Below are positions 34,717 through 36,087 of a stretch of DNA of 36,087 bases, piece after piece. The first letter of the stretch is position 1, and every line of letters starts with the position of its first letter. Under the pieces are notes generated by a model. It searched no databases. It was not told the DNA's origin and worked only from the letters and a program-made list of their open reading frames with translations. The translations under genes and the position numbers were made by a program. The DNA is from Acidobacteriaceae bacterium (GTDB lineage: Bacteria; Acidobacteriota; Terriglobia; Terriglobales; Acidobacteriaceae), in contig DATCDL010000362.1 in assembly GCA_036510715.1 (NCBI GenBank), positions 1 to 36,087 on the forward strand, read 5' to 3'.

Positions 34717-36087
34717 TTGGATTTCACTTTCGAACGCACTGAGCGTCGCCGGCGATTTGTCCGGTCGCTCTGTGTTCGGTGCGGAAGCGAGCATAGCCCT
34801 CAGCGACCTGGTCGACGGAACCGCTCTGTATGGTCGAGGTGACGAGCTTTGCGGACGATCTGTGCTCGTTGCAACGACGAGTCAGTTCACTACAGCGTCG
34901 GCTCTGATCGAGCTAGATGGTTTAGCACGCAGAATTATTCTTTGTCCCCCTGATTTGCCTCTCGAGCATCTTCCTTTCGTCATCGACACCGCCGCGGTAG
35001 ATGCAGTTGTCTCCGATCGGAAGAAGTTACTTGAACTGGACAATCACCACTCTGTATATTTCAGCCCTTGCAGCCGAAATATTGTGCCCCGAAACTATGA
35101 TTGGAACGCACAGTACCAAACGGAATGGATACTTCTCACCTCCGGGACAACGGGACGGCCGAAGCTGGTTGTGCACACCTTAGAGAGCTTGGCTGGCGCA
35201 ATTCAGCGCTCGCACACTCTAGCAGAACCGGTCATTTGGAGTACCTTCTACGACATTCGCCGTTATGGTGGACTCCAGATATTTCTTCGCTCCATTCTCA
35301 CCGGAAAATCGCTGGTGCTCTCGAATTCACAAGAGTCGATGGCGGACTTCCTTGCTCGGGCCGCCTCACACGGAGTCACTCACATTTCCGGAACTCCTTC
35401 CCAGTGGCGTCGCGCGTTGATGAGCCCTGCAGCTCACGCTATTACCCCCGAATATGTTCGACTGTCTGGAGAAGTTGCCGATCAGGCAATTCTGAACCAG
35501 CTTCAATGCTTCTATCCGCACGCTAGAGTCGCGCACGCTTTTGCCTCGACGGAGGCCGGTGTTGCATTTGAGGTAAACGATGGCGTCGCTGGTTTTCCTG
35601 CCAGCGCGATCGAGCAAACCCAGAATGTCGACATGAAGGTCGAGGATCATACGCTGCGGATCCGATCAGCCCGCGCCGCTAGTTGCTATCTGGGAGACCA
35701 AGCTCCGGTTCTGAAGGGCGCGGATGGCTTTGTAGACACTGGCGACATGGTCGAATTGCGAGATGGTCGCTATCACTTCGTCGGTCGCCGCGACGGAATT
35801 ATCAACGTCGGCGGTCTCAAGGTATACCCCGAAGAAATCGAAGCAGTTATCAATCGCCACCCTGAGGTGCAGATGTCGCTTGTCCACGCGAAGAAGAATC
35901 CAATGACAGGGGCTCTGGTCGTCGCAGATGTTGTCCTAACATCAGAGGCGTTACCCACCAGCCGCGATGTTCGTGCGCTGCAGAACGACATCCTGCTGCT
36001 TTGTCGCGAAGCACTCTCCACTTACAAGGTCCCGGCGCTCATCAATTTTGTCCCCGCCCTGGCAGTCGCTGAATCAGGAAAGATGAT
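34703..36087 (+). CDS. AMP-dependent synthetase/ligase (ANL family), 3'-truncated; absent from the ORF track because its stop is outside the window
   Basis: Manual translation MPQTNWISLS... gives the P-loop LLTSGTTGRPKLVVH, then RLSGE, FASTEAG, VDTGD, GRRDGIINVGGLKVYPEEIE and YKVP...ESGK. An alternative in-frame ATG lies at 34697. Confidence 0.9.
   Translation, partial: MPQTNWISLSNALSVAGDLSGRSVFGAEASIALSDLVDGTALYGRGDELCGRSVLVATTSQFTTASALIELDGLARRIILCPPDLPLEHLPFVIDTAAVDAVVSDRKKLLELDNHHSVYFSPCSRNIVPRNYDWNAQYQTEWILLTSGTTGRPKLVVHTLESLAGAIQRSHTLAEPVIWSTFYDIRRYGGLQIFLRSILTGKSLVLSNSQESMADFLARAASHGVTHISGTPSQWRRALMSPAAHAITPEYVRLSGEVADQAILNQLQCFYPHARVAHAFASTEAGVAFEVNDGVAGFPASAIEQTQNVDMKVEDHTLRIRSARAASCYLGDQAPVLKGADGFVDTGDMVELRDGRYHFVGRRDGIINVGGLKVYPEEIEAVINRHPEVQMSLVHAKKNPMTGALVVADVVLTSEALPTSRDVRALQNDILLLCREALSTYKVPALINFVPALAVAESGKM

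Noticed and set aside
35001-36021. Small ORFs listed by the track at the window end
   Set aside because: They are out-of-frame or antisense to the continuous AMP-ligase frame starting at 34703.

Overview
The window is an almost entirely + strand, Wzx/Wzy-type exopolysaccharide/capsule locus; it probably comes from an acidobacterium (inferred from gene style, not proven). It opens with the 3' part of a GC-rich surface protein built from 107-aa Ig-like repeats. Operon 1 (2770-10459) encodes an UpxY/NusG-paralog antiterminator, a short OPX protein plus an outer-membrane beta-barrel, a co-polymerase, an ExeA-like ATPase, a BY-kinase and a priming sugar transferase with a degenerate GGDEF domain. 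Operon 2 (10999 to beyond the window end) encodes WbpB/D/E-like enzymes, glycosyltransferases, deacetylases, methyltransferases, FkbH, a secreted beta-helix protein, Wzy and Wzx. It continues with two paralogous acyltransferases, two ACPs, a heme-oxygenase-like diiron enzyme, two atypical alpha/beta hydrolases and an AMP ligase. Three signals stand out. (1) A three-part cis module precedes both operons at a constant 8133-8134 bp offset: an upstream activator-like box, a sigma-54-type -24/-12 promoter and a 48-nt leader with an ops-like hairpin. (2) The priming transferase may sense c-di-GMP. (3) A carrier-protein-based pathway with a diiron oxidase appears to make an unusual polysaccharide substituent.
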